From positions 186,001 to 250,000 of IMG/VR virus record IMGVR_UViG_3300023184_000026: 64,000 nt of DNA, one strand, 5' to 3'. Numbering within the stretch: position 1 is the first letter of the stretch; each line of letters starts with the position of its first letter. Positions 15,936-23,893 of the stretch are shown in pieces. The position numbers and the translations under genes were made by a program. Below the pieces are notes generated by a model. The model was not told where the DNA came from. It did not search any database and saw nothing but the letters and a program-made list of their open reading frames with translations.

Positions 15936-16163
15936 ATGAAAAACACCGCTGATGACACGATCTATCGCACGAAGGATGGAACCCGAGTGCGAATTGTTAA
16001 AGAAAAGGAATTTCCTCCAGATCCAAGCGACCCAGTGTGGCTTAGAGAAATTAAATCAAAACCTCCCGAAACACTCACCGTCGCGGAAGTCAAAAACGGT
16101 AAACGCTGGTATGGTTACAAACGCGAAGACTTGATATCCGAACCCGTATTTTCCAAAAAATAG
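15936..16163 (+). CDS. hypothetical early protein
   Basis: Promoter 15899. Confidence 0.7.
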   Translation: MKNTADDTIYRTKDGTRVRIVKEKEFPPDPSDPVWLREIKSKPPETLTVAEVKNGKRWYGYKREDLISEPVFSKK

Positions 16164-16220
16164 TCTCGCTTTTTATAAAATCTCTGCTAGAGTATTACAG
16201 TAATCAACAACACCAATAAT

Positions 16221-16523
16221 ATGTCCAATACAACTGTCACTGCCACTGAGTCCAAGCGCATCAAGTATAACTTCACGCTCAACTTTCCTAACAAGCCTTT
16301 CACGGTCAAGAGCCTGACCTCCACTGGCAATCATCCCAAGTATATCACTGCTTATATGCGCGTGAAGAAGGCTCTGGCGGCTGGCACCATCACGGTGGTT
16401 GGCGCAAAGACGCCTGCCAAGGCTCGGCGAGGCGCGCTTGAGGTGCTTTATGCGCGAGCTGATGCCAAGACTGCTGTGCCGCTGACATCTGCGGTTGAGG
16501 CAGTGACCTCTGACCTTTGCTGA
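16221..16523 (+). CDS. basic hypothetical protein, possibly DNA-binding
   Basis: Lys/Arg/Ala-rich; promoter 16166. Confidence 0.7.
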   Translation: MSNTTVTATESKRIKYNFTLNFPNKPFTVKSLTSTGNHPKYITAYMRVKKALAAGTITVVGAKTPAKARRGALEVLYARADAKTAVPLTSAVEAVTSDLC

Positions 16524-16565
16524 CTGAACATGGTCCACCAGAAAACGGTGGACCATTCATTTTTC

Positions 16566-16955
16566 ATGACGCAAAAACAAATCATAAAATCACTCAATTC
16601 TGCAACATTGTTGTTTGAGAACAACATAAATGTGGCCGGATTTAAAAAAGTAAAGTCAGCATATCGCGTCATTGATGCGTATTATCATCGTGGGCTGGGC
16701 ATCGTCGTGAAGCGACCTGCGCTCATCCTAGAACCCCGAACGCCGTCGTTTCTGTGCGTTCCTACGACCAAATTACAGCGGGGGTGGGTTGTGCAGCCAA
16801 TTGTGAAGAAAACCCGCTTAAAAGAGGCTGTAGGGGTGCTGGCGAGGCAACTAGAACCATACATTGCCAAGGGTTATGATCCTGACCTGCACGCTCAAAA
16901 CGTAGGTTGGCTACGTGAGAATGGAAAAATGGTTCCCAAACTGTTTGATTGGTGA
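16566..16955 (+). CDS. minimal protein-kinase-like protein
   Basis: SAYR, IVVKRP, DLHAQNVG catalytic loop, KLFDW metal-binding motif. Confidence 0.55.
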   Translation: MTQKQIIKSLNSATLLFENNINVAGFKKVKSAYRVIDAYYHRGLGIVVKRPALILEPRTPSFLCVPTTKLQRGWVVQPIVKKTRLKEAVGVLARQLEPYIAKGYDPDLHAQNVGWLRENGKMVPKLFDW

Positions 16956-16990
16956 TTGACTTTTATAAAAACTCTGACATAGTTCTAAAC

Positions 16991-17353
16991 ATGAACAAGA
17001 CCGACAATATTGATGCTCTGAAAAATGATATGCCGCTCACGGATTTTATTCGTGGCGTGAACAAGAAAATCAGTGATTATTGGCAACGCAACAACTTCAC
17101 GCACAATGATGCTCCCGTGGTCATGGTTGACAGCGTGGGCAAGCGTTATGCCAAACTTGCTAAGTGTGAGCGCGTGCCGCATCGCACTGGTCCGCTCAAA
17201 GCCACTGGCGTTTATTGCTTCTATGACGTAGCCACTGGCGATTTGCTCAAAGGCACTTGGAAGGCTCCTGTTGCCAAAGGCGTGCGCGGCAACGTCAAAG
17301 ATGCCAACGTGCTGACCAAGTTCACTGAACATGGTCCTGCGTATCTTCGCTAA
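16991..17353 (+). CDS. conserved-looking phage hypothetical protein
   Basis: GKRYAKL...VYCFYD...GDLLKGTWKAPVAKGVRGN. Confidence 0.75.
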   Translation: MNKTDNIDALKNDMPLTDFIRGVNKKISDYWQRNNFTHNDAPVVMVDSVGKRYAKLAKCERVPHRTGPLKATGVYCFYDVATGDLLKGTWKAPVAKGVRGNVKDANVLTKFTEHGPAYLR

Positions 17354-17422
17354 AAATAGAGTTGCTTTTTTATAAAAAATCATACATTATTATTATTTCA
17401 GTCAAACAACAACACAATACAT

Positions 17423-17719
17423 ATGATGGCCAATCCTCCCAACAACACTATCTTTCAGTATGTTCGCAACCGGCGACGGCAAAAAGTCGGCGTGGTTGTA
17501 GCTGTGAAGCGGCACGACAATACAATTGGCTTTGGTTACAGCCTGTGCGCTGTTAATCTTGGCGACAAGTTCAACCCAGAACTGGCGTTGAACATTGCAC
17601 TTGGTCGTGCCGAAGCGTTTCCGCACTTTGCTGATGAAATTCCAAGCAGCGTAGAAAATGATTGGAGTGAAATTCTGCATCGTTCTGAGCGTTATTTCAA
17701 GGACGTTGAGATTGTGTAA
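17423..17719 (+). CDS. hypothetical protein
   Basis: GYSLC...DKFNPELALNIALGRA pattern. Confidence 0.7.
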   Translation: MMANPPNNTIFQYVRNRRRQKVGVVVAVKRHDNTIGFGYSLCAVNLGDKFNPELALNIALGRAEAFPHFADEIPSSVENDWSEILHRSERYFKDVEIV

Positions 17720-17812
17720 ATAAATTTCAATGATGGGGTGCGCATATCAACTCACGCACACTTATTTTATTTTCATCTTGACTTTTATAAAAACTCTGTC
17801 ATTGTTCATATC

Positions 17813-18058
17813 ATGAAAGCATCCATTCTTCCCAACGACATTTCTGTTGTTTACTCATATCGTCCAGATGTTGCTCGTGAATATCTAACCATTGATGTTC
17901 CAAATGGTTGGGACGATGTCAAGAAGATCAGCAAAAAAGTGTTGAGCTATGATGGTCGCAAATTTACTTTTACTGGTTGGAACAGCGACAGCAATCAATG
18001 CTATTTTGCTCGCAGCTTGCATGAAACAATTGCGCCAATCGCAACTTTTGTGAAATAA
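17813..18058 (+). CDS. hypothetical early protein
   Basis: Start from promoter 17778 spacing. Confidence 0.7.
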   Translation: MKASILPNDISVVYSYRPDVAREYLTIDVPNGWDDVKKISKKVLSYDGRKFTFTGWNSDSNQCYFARSLHETIAPIATFVK

Positions 18059-18096
18059 GTGTTGCTTTTTATAAAAATTCTGTCACTGTTTTAAGT

Positions 18097-18291
18097 ATGA
18101 ACTCCTCCATCACCTTCACCGAAAAGGGTCTGTTTCTGCTCGCCGTCACTGCTCTGGAGCTTGACAGCACGCCCCAATACAGTGTTGATTATGACAATAT
18201 GACAATCAACACCGATGATGTTGATTATCTCGTGGATCTGCTGCATGAGCAGGGTGTTTTTGAGTTTATCTGTATATCGCGGCGATGCTGA
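18097..18291 (+). CDS. hypothetical early protein
   Basis: Promoter 18062. Confidence 0.65.
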   Translation: MNSSITFTEKGLFLLAVTALELDSTPQYSVDYDNMTINTDDVDYLVDLLHEQGVFEFICISRRC

Positions 18292-18406
18292 TGGCGATCA
18301 TGACCAGTTTCGCACGGATGCTGAGGCTGATGCCGACGCTCTTGCGTCTGCGGGTATGGGAGATGACGAAAGCTATGGTTATTACGGCGGCGGGGAGGAC
18401 GAGTAA
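18272..18406 (+). pseudogene. orphan 3' fragment of an acidic phage gene
   Basis: GDADGDHDQFRTDAEADADALASAGMGDDESYGYYGG, out of frame with the upstream ORF and lacking an ATG/promoter. Confidence 0.45.
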
Positions 18407-18407
18407 C

Positions 18408-18599
18408 ATGTATCTTGTAGGCGACAGATTATCATTTCCTCATAACTGTGCAACAAGCACAGGCACTGTTGCAGTTATTCATGAAAATCAAAATATGTCA
18501 TTGACATATTGGATTGATGAAGACAATGGTGAAAATGTGCTGCTTTTTGATGATGCTATAAATGTGTCACTCATTGAGCCAGAATTTCTTGACTTTTGA
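18408..18599 (+). CDS. hypothetical protein
   Basis: ATG 1 nt after stop of preceding fragment. Confidence 0.6.
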   Translation: MYLVGDRLSFPHNCATSTGTVAVIHENQNMSLTYWIDEDNGENVLLFDDAINVSLIEPEFLDF

Positions 18600-18688
18600 T
18601 TTTTCGTTGGGTTCATAAGAAAAGAGGAGGCATAAAAAACCTCCCCTTTTAGCTTGCTTTTTATAAAAACTCTGTCATTGTTTTAAGT

Positions 18689-18913
18689 ATGAACTTCAAC
18701 ACCGCATATCTCCTCGCCAACCAAGTTGCCCGAAAAGAAAAAGTGTCAATGATAGTTGTGCTGGAAGGCATTCATCGCGACGAACGCGCGCCAGAAGACA
18801 GCCACGGCTTTTGCCCAGCAAGCGCAGTTTCTATGCTGTATCGCTTCGGCAAGGTTGTTGCTATGATTCCGGCAGGAGGCACGCGGGTATCCGCCGCCAA
18901 ACTAAATAAATAA
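18689..18913 (+). CDS. hypothetical early protein
   Basis: Promoter 18654. Confidence 0.7.
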   Translation: MNFNTAYLLANQVARKEKVSMIVVLEGIHRDERAPEDSHGFCPASAVSMLYRFGKVVAMIPAGGTRVSAAKLNK

Positions 18914-18956
18914 AATAAGAGTTGCTTTTTATAAAAATTCTGATATTGTTTTAAGT

Positions 18957-19190
18957 ATGAACTTCAGCACTCACCAAATAGAAATCCTCAACGCTGCTGG
19001 CTACAACTTTCGTTGGAACAAATACACATCGGAATTTGTTTGCAACAAAAACGCAGAGGTTGGAATTTACAGTCACACTAGCGACAGTTTTGTTGCCAGA
19101 ATTCTTGACTGGGATCGTGAGACTGGCAACGAATTTTTTGTTTATCATTATTTCAAGACGTTTCAAGAAATGAAATCATTTCTGACATAA
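18957..19190 (+). CDS. hypothetical early protein
   Basis: Promoter 18922. Confidence 0.7.
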   Translation: MNFSTHQIEILNAAGYNFRWNKYTSEFVCNKNAEVGIYSHTSDSFVARILDWDRETGNEFFVYHYFKTFQEMKSFLT

Positions 19191-19194
19191 TTTT

Positions 19195-19413
19195 ATGAAT
19201 AATAATTTTACACGAATTTATTCAGCATCTGGCAAAGAAATTTTTCCCAGAGCTGGTCTTTGTTTGAACGCTGGAACCATTGTTCAAAAAAATAGTGGTT
19301 TTGTTACATTGGTCAAGTCTGCCACAATTCAAGCAAATAAAGTTACTGTGCTTGGAGATGGTCAGGGCAGAGACAAAAAAGAAATCTCTTTCTCACTGGT
19401 TGAATCAGTTTGA
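19195..19413 (+). CDS. hypothetical protein
   Basis: Stop TGA inside next TTGACT. Confidence 0.65.
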   Translation: MNNNFTRIYSASGKEIFPRAGLCLNAGTIVQKNSGFVTLVKSATIQANKVTVLGDGQGRDKKEISFSLVESV

Positions 19414-19444
19414 CTTTTATAAAAAGTCCGATATTGTTTTAAGC

Positions 19445-19627
19445 ATGATATCACCAAAAGTTGATGTAAAACCAATTGACTTCCACGGGGAAGCATATTA
19501 CACCGTCTTCATTGACGGCGAAGAGATGACCGGAGCCTATTGTGGTCTCCTGCCCGTCAAGCATCGTAACGATGCTTGGGAGGTTTCCGAAGAAATTCTG
19601 AGCGACATGAACGTTGTTGATGATTGA
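19445..19627 (+). CDS. hypothetical early protein flanked by identical promoter copies
   Basis: AGTTTGACTTTTATAAAAAGTCCGATATTGTTTTAAG on both sides. Confidence 0.7.
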   Translation: MISPKVDVKPIDFHGEAYYTVFIDGEEMTGAYCGLLPVKHRNDAWEVSEEILSDMNVVDD

Positions 19628-19664
19628 GTTTGACTTTTATAAAAAGTCCGATATTGTTTTAAGT

Positions 19665-19928
19665 ATGAACCTCACCAAAGCAGATTTTCAAAACGACTTG
19701 AACAAAGCAACTGCTATGGGTGCAGCCGCTTTTAAACGTGGCATCTTGTGTGCTTGTGCATCTGATGTTGAGTTTAGTTATTTCATCAAGAAATACAGCA
19801 CAGCTGATTGGAAATTTACCAAGCAACTGTTGAAGCTCATGGATGCTTGGCAGCGTGGTTATACGGTTGAATTCAATTCAATTATTGCCACTTGGGAAGC
19901 TGAACTATCATCTAAAAATTTAAAATAA
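19665..19928 (+). CDS. hypothetical early protein
   Basis: Promoter 19630. Confidence 0.7.
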   Translation: MNLTKADFQNDLNKATAMGAAAFKRGILCACASDVEFSYFIKKYSTADWKFTKQLLKLMDAWQRGYTVEFNSIIATWEAELSSKNLK

Positions 19929-19966
19929 GTCTCGCTTTTTATAAAAATTCTGTCACTATCTTATTT

Positions 19967-20125
19967 ATGAACTCTAAATCAATTATCACTGGCGTTGAAA
20001 TCGGCAACATTGTGTTTGAGCTGGACGAAGCTTGTGCTGCTACGAGACTAACCGAAGACGAGCATAAGTTCGCAGTTGATGCAGTTGTTGCTGCTTGGAA
20101 AGCTCAACTATCATCCAAAAAATAA
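19967..20125 (+). CDS. 52-aa hypothetical early protein
   Basis: MNSKSIITGVEIG...AAWKAQLSSKK; promoter 19932. Confidence 0.65.
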   Translation: MNSKSIITGVEIGNIVFELDEACAATRLTEDEHKFAVDAVVAAWKAQLSSKK

Positions 20126-20169
20126 AAATAAGTCTCGACATTCATAAAAACTCTGGCATTATCTATAAT

Positions 20170-20391
20170 ATGAACTCTTGGAAAACTGAAGTTTGCACAA
20201 TGTATCAAGGCAGCGAATCTTGGGCGACCAATTCTTTGCGATTTGCTTCAAAGATTGAAGCTGAAAAAGCTGGGCATGAATTGCTTTCTCGTTGGTATGT
20301 TCCAATCAAAAGTCGTGCTGCACAATCAGAAGATGCAGTGAATTATGTTTTTGATGACGCCACTGGCCGTCCAGCACCAATATCTGTTTGA
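20170..20391 (+). CDS. hypothetical early protein
   Basis: WATNSLRFA...ELLSRW; promoter 20134. Confidence 0.7.
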   Translation: MNSWKTEVCTMYQGSESWATNSLRFASKIEAEKAGHELLSRWYVPIKSRAAQSEDAVNYVFDDATGRPAPISV

Positions 20392-20418
20392 CATTTATAA
20401 AACAATTAATATAATCTT

Positions 20419-20616
20419 ATGTCATATATATCTTTAATCACCGCATTTTTTATTATCTGGAGTTTGTTTGGACTGTGTGTGCTATTCAATCTTGAAGCTG
20501 GCAGCAAACCGTCACTTCGTTTGGCTATTGTGATTGGTCCAATCATCATGATTTTTGGACTTGTTATTATTGGCTGTTTGTTGCTGATTGAAAAAACAAC
20601 AGAATGGACAAAATAG
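20419..20616 (+). CDS. small two-TM membrane protein
   Basis: Two hydrophobic stretches. Confidence 0.65.
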   Translation: MSYISLITAFFIIWSLFGLCVLFNLEAGSKPSLRLAIVIGPIIMIFGLVIIGCLLLIEKTTEWTK

Positions 20617-20653
20617 TCTTGATTTTTATAAAAACTCTGGCATAGTTAGTGTC

Positions 20654-20785
20654 ATGAAGATCAACAACACAATCAAACTTCGCAGCGTGTTCAGCTCTGG
20701 CATGAATCTGGGCAATCAGATTCACAAGACCCGCAAGGGCAAAGGCAGTTATTCTCGCAAAAATCGCAACAACAAGTGGCAGTAA
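20654..20785 (+). CDS. ArfA-like small basic protein
   Basis: HKTRKGKGSYSRK matches the KGKGSY-RK signature of alternative ribosome-rescue factor A; promoter 20619. Confidence 0.55.
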   Translation: MKINNTIKLRSVFSSGMNLGNQIHKTRKGKGSYSRKNRNNKWQ

Positions 20786-20828
20786 AAATAGAGTTGCTTT
20801 TTATAAAAAAATAGTCAGTATCTATAAT

Positions 20829-21116
20829 ATGAAAACCGTAGATGATCGCAATGAATCTCAGAAAATCACCCACAAGTGGGCAATCGTTGCCAAGGACAAG
20901 TATATGAGCGGCTGGGGTGGAGCAACAGGTGGAGCCAGCCGTGTGGCGTGGGCTGTGGAATCATATGCTAGTGTTGACAAGCTATTGAGCTGGGTCAAGT
21001 CGCGAAATGAAATGAAATATGTTAATGTCGTAAATTTGAATGATTATCGTGCTCCACGCAGCACAGCACACTTTCATGTTTATGTTGCAAATGCCAGTCA
21101 TCCTGCGTTTGACTAA
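20829..21116 (+). CDS. conserved-looking phage hypothetical protein
   Basis: DKYMSGWGGA...RNEMKYV. Confidence 0.75.
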   Translation: MKTVDDRNESQKITHKWAIVAKDKYMSGWGGATGGASRVAWAVESYASVDKLLSWVKSRNEMKYVNVVNLNDYRAPRSTAHFHVYVANASHPAFD

Positions 21117-21160
21117 AAAATAGAGTTGCTTTTTATAAAAACTCTGTCAGTATTCTAAAC

Positions 21161-21577
21161 ATGAAGATCACCAAGCACACCACAATTGCTCTGACAATCA
21201 GCGAGATCAAGCAAAGTCTGTCTGACTATCAATCCGAGATCATGCATGAAATGCTGCTTGAGTATTTCAATCTTCCATATAATTCTGACAAATTTTGTGG
21301 ATTGTCATATGACGAAAAACAAAAACTTATGGAATGGTCCAATTTGCTTGTGAAAGGCACTCATAGTGAGGAGTTTAATAAACTCAGCAATGGTCGTTGG
21401 ATTCATACGCCATCATTTAACAGCGGATTTGTTGAATTGGTTGAATCTTTTCCACATATGTTCTTGACAGTGGATTTGTTTGATGGTCTAGATGCCAAGG
21501 ATTTTAGCGTTAAAATTGTGCATAACAATGGCGATGAGACATTCGTCAACAGTGAAAATATTCTCAGCAACATTTGA
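21161..21577 (+). CDS. hypothetical early protein
   Basis: Promoter 21126. Confidence 0.7.
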   Translation: MKITKHTTIALTISEIKQSLSDYQSEIMHEMLLEYFNLPYNSDKFCGLSYDEKQKLMEWSNLLVKGTHSEEFNKLSNGRWIHTPSFNSGFVELVESFPHMFLTVDLFDGLDAKDFSVKIVHNNGDETFVNSENILSNI

Positions 21578-21620
21578 TTATTATCTCGACTTTTTATAAA
21601 AACCAGTCATAGTTTACAAC

Positions 21621-21974
21621 ATGAACTCTATCTTTTCTCCTGATCTGGTAAACAAGCCCACGGTGGTATATGGTCCACAGGTTGGCGACATATTGGTCAG
21701 CATATCTGGCTATGAGGCCAGCATTGCTAGTTGGGCCAAGGTTGTGGGTGTGACTGGCAAGAGCGTCAAGATTGTGCGCTTGCCCGCCGACAACAAATAC
21801 ACTGGCGGCGGTGGCATGGAATGGATCAGCACGCCTGCCACGGACCGCATCAAGGGCGAGACCGAAACGAAACGTTTTACTGCTGATGGCGACGGCTATA
21901 GGGTCAAGAACAACAGCTACAGCAACTATTATGTTTGGAGTGGCAAGCCAATTGAGTGCTACAACTGGCATTGA
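21621..21974 (+). CDS. hypothetical early protein
   Basis: VGDILVSISGYE...VVGVTGKSV; promoter 21586. Confidence 0.75.
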   Translation: MNSIFSPDLVNKPTVVYGPQVGDILVSISGYEASIASWAKVVGVTGKSVKIVRLPADNKYTGGGGMEWISTPATDRIKGETETKRFTADGDGYRVKNNSYSNYYVWSGKPIECYNWH

Positions 21975-22663
21975 TCTTTCAAGAAATGGCGTTTCATTGC
22001 CTCTGAGAGAGCAACCCTGTTGCTCTCATCAGAGTAATGTTTGAACAGTGCGTCGGATATTTTCTTGTTGCGTTCCTTACTGAATGTGCGACCTTTCATC
22101 CTTTCTGACATTTTTAGTCTTTCTTCTTCGGCAATGACCCTTCCACATTTTTTATTCTGCTCAGGGGTTCTTCGCTTCCGTGCATCGCTTAGTGCTTTTC
22201 TGTGAGCATCACTAAATTTTTTTCCTTTTTTTGCCGCACTTATATTTTTTCGATGTTCCGGACTGTTAGTGGCTCCTGATCTAAGGTCTCCACCATAACC
22301 GCCATCCGTTAGATTATATCCATTGTTCTTTGAGTCATAATACTTTATCCACACTATTTCTTTATTGCTGAGTTCATCTTTGTCGCATTCTTCCAGTATT
22401 ACTTTGTTGAAATTGTTTATTCCATATTTTTTGAGGGCTCGATAGATTTTAGGCTGAGTTTTACAACTTACATTATCGTATGCAGTTTTCCACCTATCGT
22501 GGATATCAACACTCAGTCCGATATACCATTTATGTGGTTTGAGTTTGTTCTGTAGTCCGTATATTCCTATCTTTTTTGACATGGTATCGGTTACGAGCAT
22601 TTTCTCTTTCTCTGTTGACATTTTTCCAGTAACTTCGCATTCTGTAAATTCTGTTGAGTTCAT
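21959..22663 (-). CDS. GIY-YIG homing endonuclease with NUMOD3-like repeats
   Basis: GIYGLQNK...WYIGLS, RALKKYG, GYNLTDGG, SPEHRKNISAAKKG; likely start ATG 22582 (MSKKIGIY). Confidence 0.9.
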   Translation of the reverse strand: MNSTEFTECEVTGKMSTEKEKMLVTDTMSKKIGIYGLQNKLKPHKWYIGLSVDIHDRWKTAYDNVSCKTQPKIYRALKKYGINNFNKVILEECDKDELSNKEIVWIKYYDSKNNGYNLTDGGYGGDLRSGATNSPEHRKNISAAKKGKKFSDAHRKALSDARKRRTPEQNKKCGRVIAEEERLKMSERMKGRTFSKERNKKISDALFKHYSDESNRVALSEAMKRHFLKDQCQL

Positions 22664-22703
22664 CGAGGTGTTCCTTTGTTCGGTTTAGTTTTTTTCTTCC
22701 CAT
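22530..22703 (-). CDS. 57-aa basic protein overlapping the GIY-YIG 5' end in another frame
   Basis: MGRKKLNRTKEHLDELNRIYRMRSYWKNVNRERENARNRYHVKK...; after TATTTATTGAT. Confidence 0.7.
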   Translation of the reverse strand: MGRKKLNRTKEHLDELNRIYRMRSYWKNVNRERENARNRYHVKKDRNIRTTEQTQTT

Positions 22704-22775
22704 ATCAATAAATAGTATTTACTTACAAAAAACCTTACAAAATTAGTTTTTATTTTAGGTTGAGTGTTCATAGTT

Positions 22776-22810
22776 GAGGGAGCAGCGTGGTGGCTGCTCC
22801 CTCTTTTTTT
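22776..22810 (+). terminator. intrinsic terminator
   Basis: GAGGGAGCAGC-loop-GCTGCTCCCTC plus T7. Confidence 0.85.
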
Positions 22811-22855
22811 ACTTTGCCGCTTGACTTTTATAATAAATAAATCATTATCTTAAAT

Positions 22856-23074
22856 ATGAAATTTGTTATCTTCTGCAATGCCGCCAATTTGAAAACCTAC
22901 AACAACACTTGGATTGTTGTAGCTGCCAACACATCATATAAAGTGTTGAACATTCAATTTGATGAATATGGCATCATACGTTCAATTGTTTTTTCTGTGA
23001 GCAATGACATTGTTGCTTTTGAACGCAGCAATATTACTGGAAAATTTGGCAGCAATTTTGCTTTGAGTGCTTGA
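22856..23074 (+). CDS. hypothetical early protein
   Basis: Promoter 22821. Confidence 0.65.
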   Translation: MKFVIFCNAANLKTYNNTWIVVAANTSYKVLNIQFDEYGIIRSIVFSVSNDIVAFERSNITGKFGSNFALSA

Positions 23075-23106
23075 CATTTTATAATAAGTAAGTCAGTATT
23101 TATAAC

Positions 23107-23322
23107 ATGAAATCCAAGAAACTTACCAAGACATACTTTGAACTCTACACGATTGGTGCCACAAGTGGTTGGGGAGAATATGACGATGAAACCTTGGACA
23201 CCACACTCAAAACACTCAAATCTGCTATGAAAGAAGCAAAAATTCTGGCAGATGAAGGTCAAACTGTCAAGATCAAGCAGGTCAAAGAATTGCTGTTTAT
23301 CAAAGGTGAAAAGGCTGCTTGA
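23107..23322 (+). CDS. hypothetical early protein
   Basis: Promoter 23071. Confidence 0.7.
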   Translation: MKSKKLTKTYFELYTIGATSGWGEYDDETLDTTLKTLKSAMKEAKILADEGQTVKIKQVKELLFIKGEKAA

Positions 23323-23353
23323 CTTTTATAAAAACTCTGACACTATCTATAAC

Positions 23354-23677
23354 ATGAACCTCGTTAATAACAAAGAAATCAAGTTCAAGAACGGTCTGGT
23401 TATTCCTGTTGGCACAAACCTAAATGTAAATTTTAAGATTGGTGGCACTGTGTGCGAACTGTCTGGTGGCAGTGCTGGCGGCGTTCCTGTGACCATGAAG
23501 CTGCGTTGCTCTAGTCTGCCACGCTACTTCACCAAGTTCAAGGCTCCTTCGCTCAAGACCATGGAAAAGTGGAGCAACGATGGTGTTGCCAAGTCAATGC
23601 TTGGTCAGGTAGTTGAGCCAGACGGCTATGACAGCGAAGGCAGTCCAAGTTGGATGCTGGTCGCGGGCATTATCTAA
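23354..23677 (+). CDS. hypothetical early protein
   Basis: PSLKTMEKW...VEPDG...PSWML; promoter 23319. Confidence 0.75.
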   Translation: MNLVNNKEIKFKNGLVIPVGTNLNVNFKIGGTVCELSGGSAGGVPVTMKLRCSSLPRYFTKFKAPSLKTMEKWSNDGVAKSMLGQVVEPDGYDSEGSPSWMLVAGII

Positions 23678-23686
23678 ATAAAAAAC

Positions 23687-23827
23687 ATGAAAATCACCTA
23701 CACTTACAGAGGCTGGTATGTATTTTACTATAACAGCAAATATGTTGCACAACATGCATATGCAACATCATATGAAGCAGACACACAAGAACAGTTGCTG
23801 AACACCATCGACGAGTTCATGAAATAA
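23687..23827 (+). CDS. 46-aa hypothetical protein
   Basis: MKITYTYRGWYVFY...; followed by terminator-like hairpin 23831-23858. Confidence 0.55.
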   Translation: MKITYTYRGWYVFYYNSKYVAQHAYATSYEADTQEQLLNTIDEFMK

Positions 23828-23893
23828 AACAAAAGGAGGAAATAACCTCCTTTTTTTTATTGCAATTTATAATAAATGTGCTAGAGTATCTGA

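Larger units (their letters stand above)
1160..23893 (+). promoter_or_regulatory. dispersed family of roughly 45-50 early-type promoter repeats, about one per gene
   Basis: Consensus T(T/C/G)G(AC/CT)T-TTT(T)ATAAAAA-nnnnn-YAnnnT-7 nt-ATG; e.g. 1423, 3490, 5852, 8439, 13040, 14662, 15307, 15689, 18062, 18654, 18922, 20794, 21126, 21586, 22821, 23319, each 35 nt before the ATG. Confidence 0.85.

Noticed and set aside
1423-23893. Promoter repeats as a CRISPR array or attC integron
   Set aside because: Intervening units are whole genes of variable length, the repeats are degenerate promoters, and no cas or integrase gene or attC-type structure is visible
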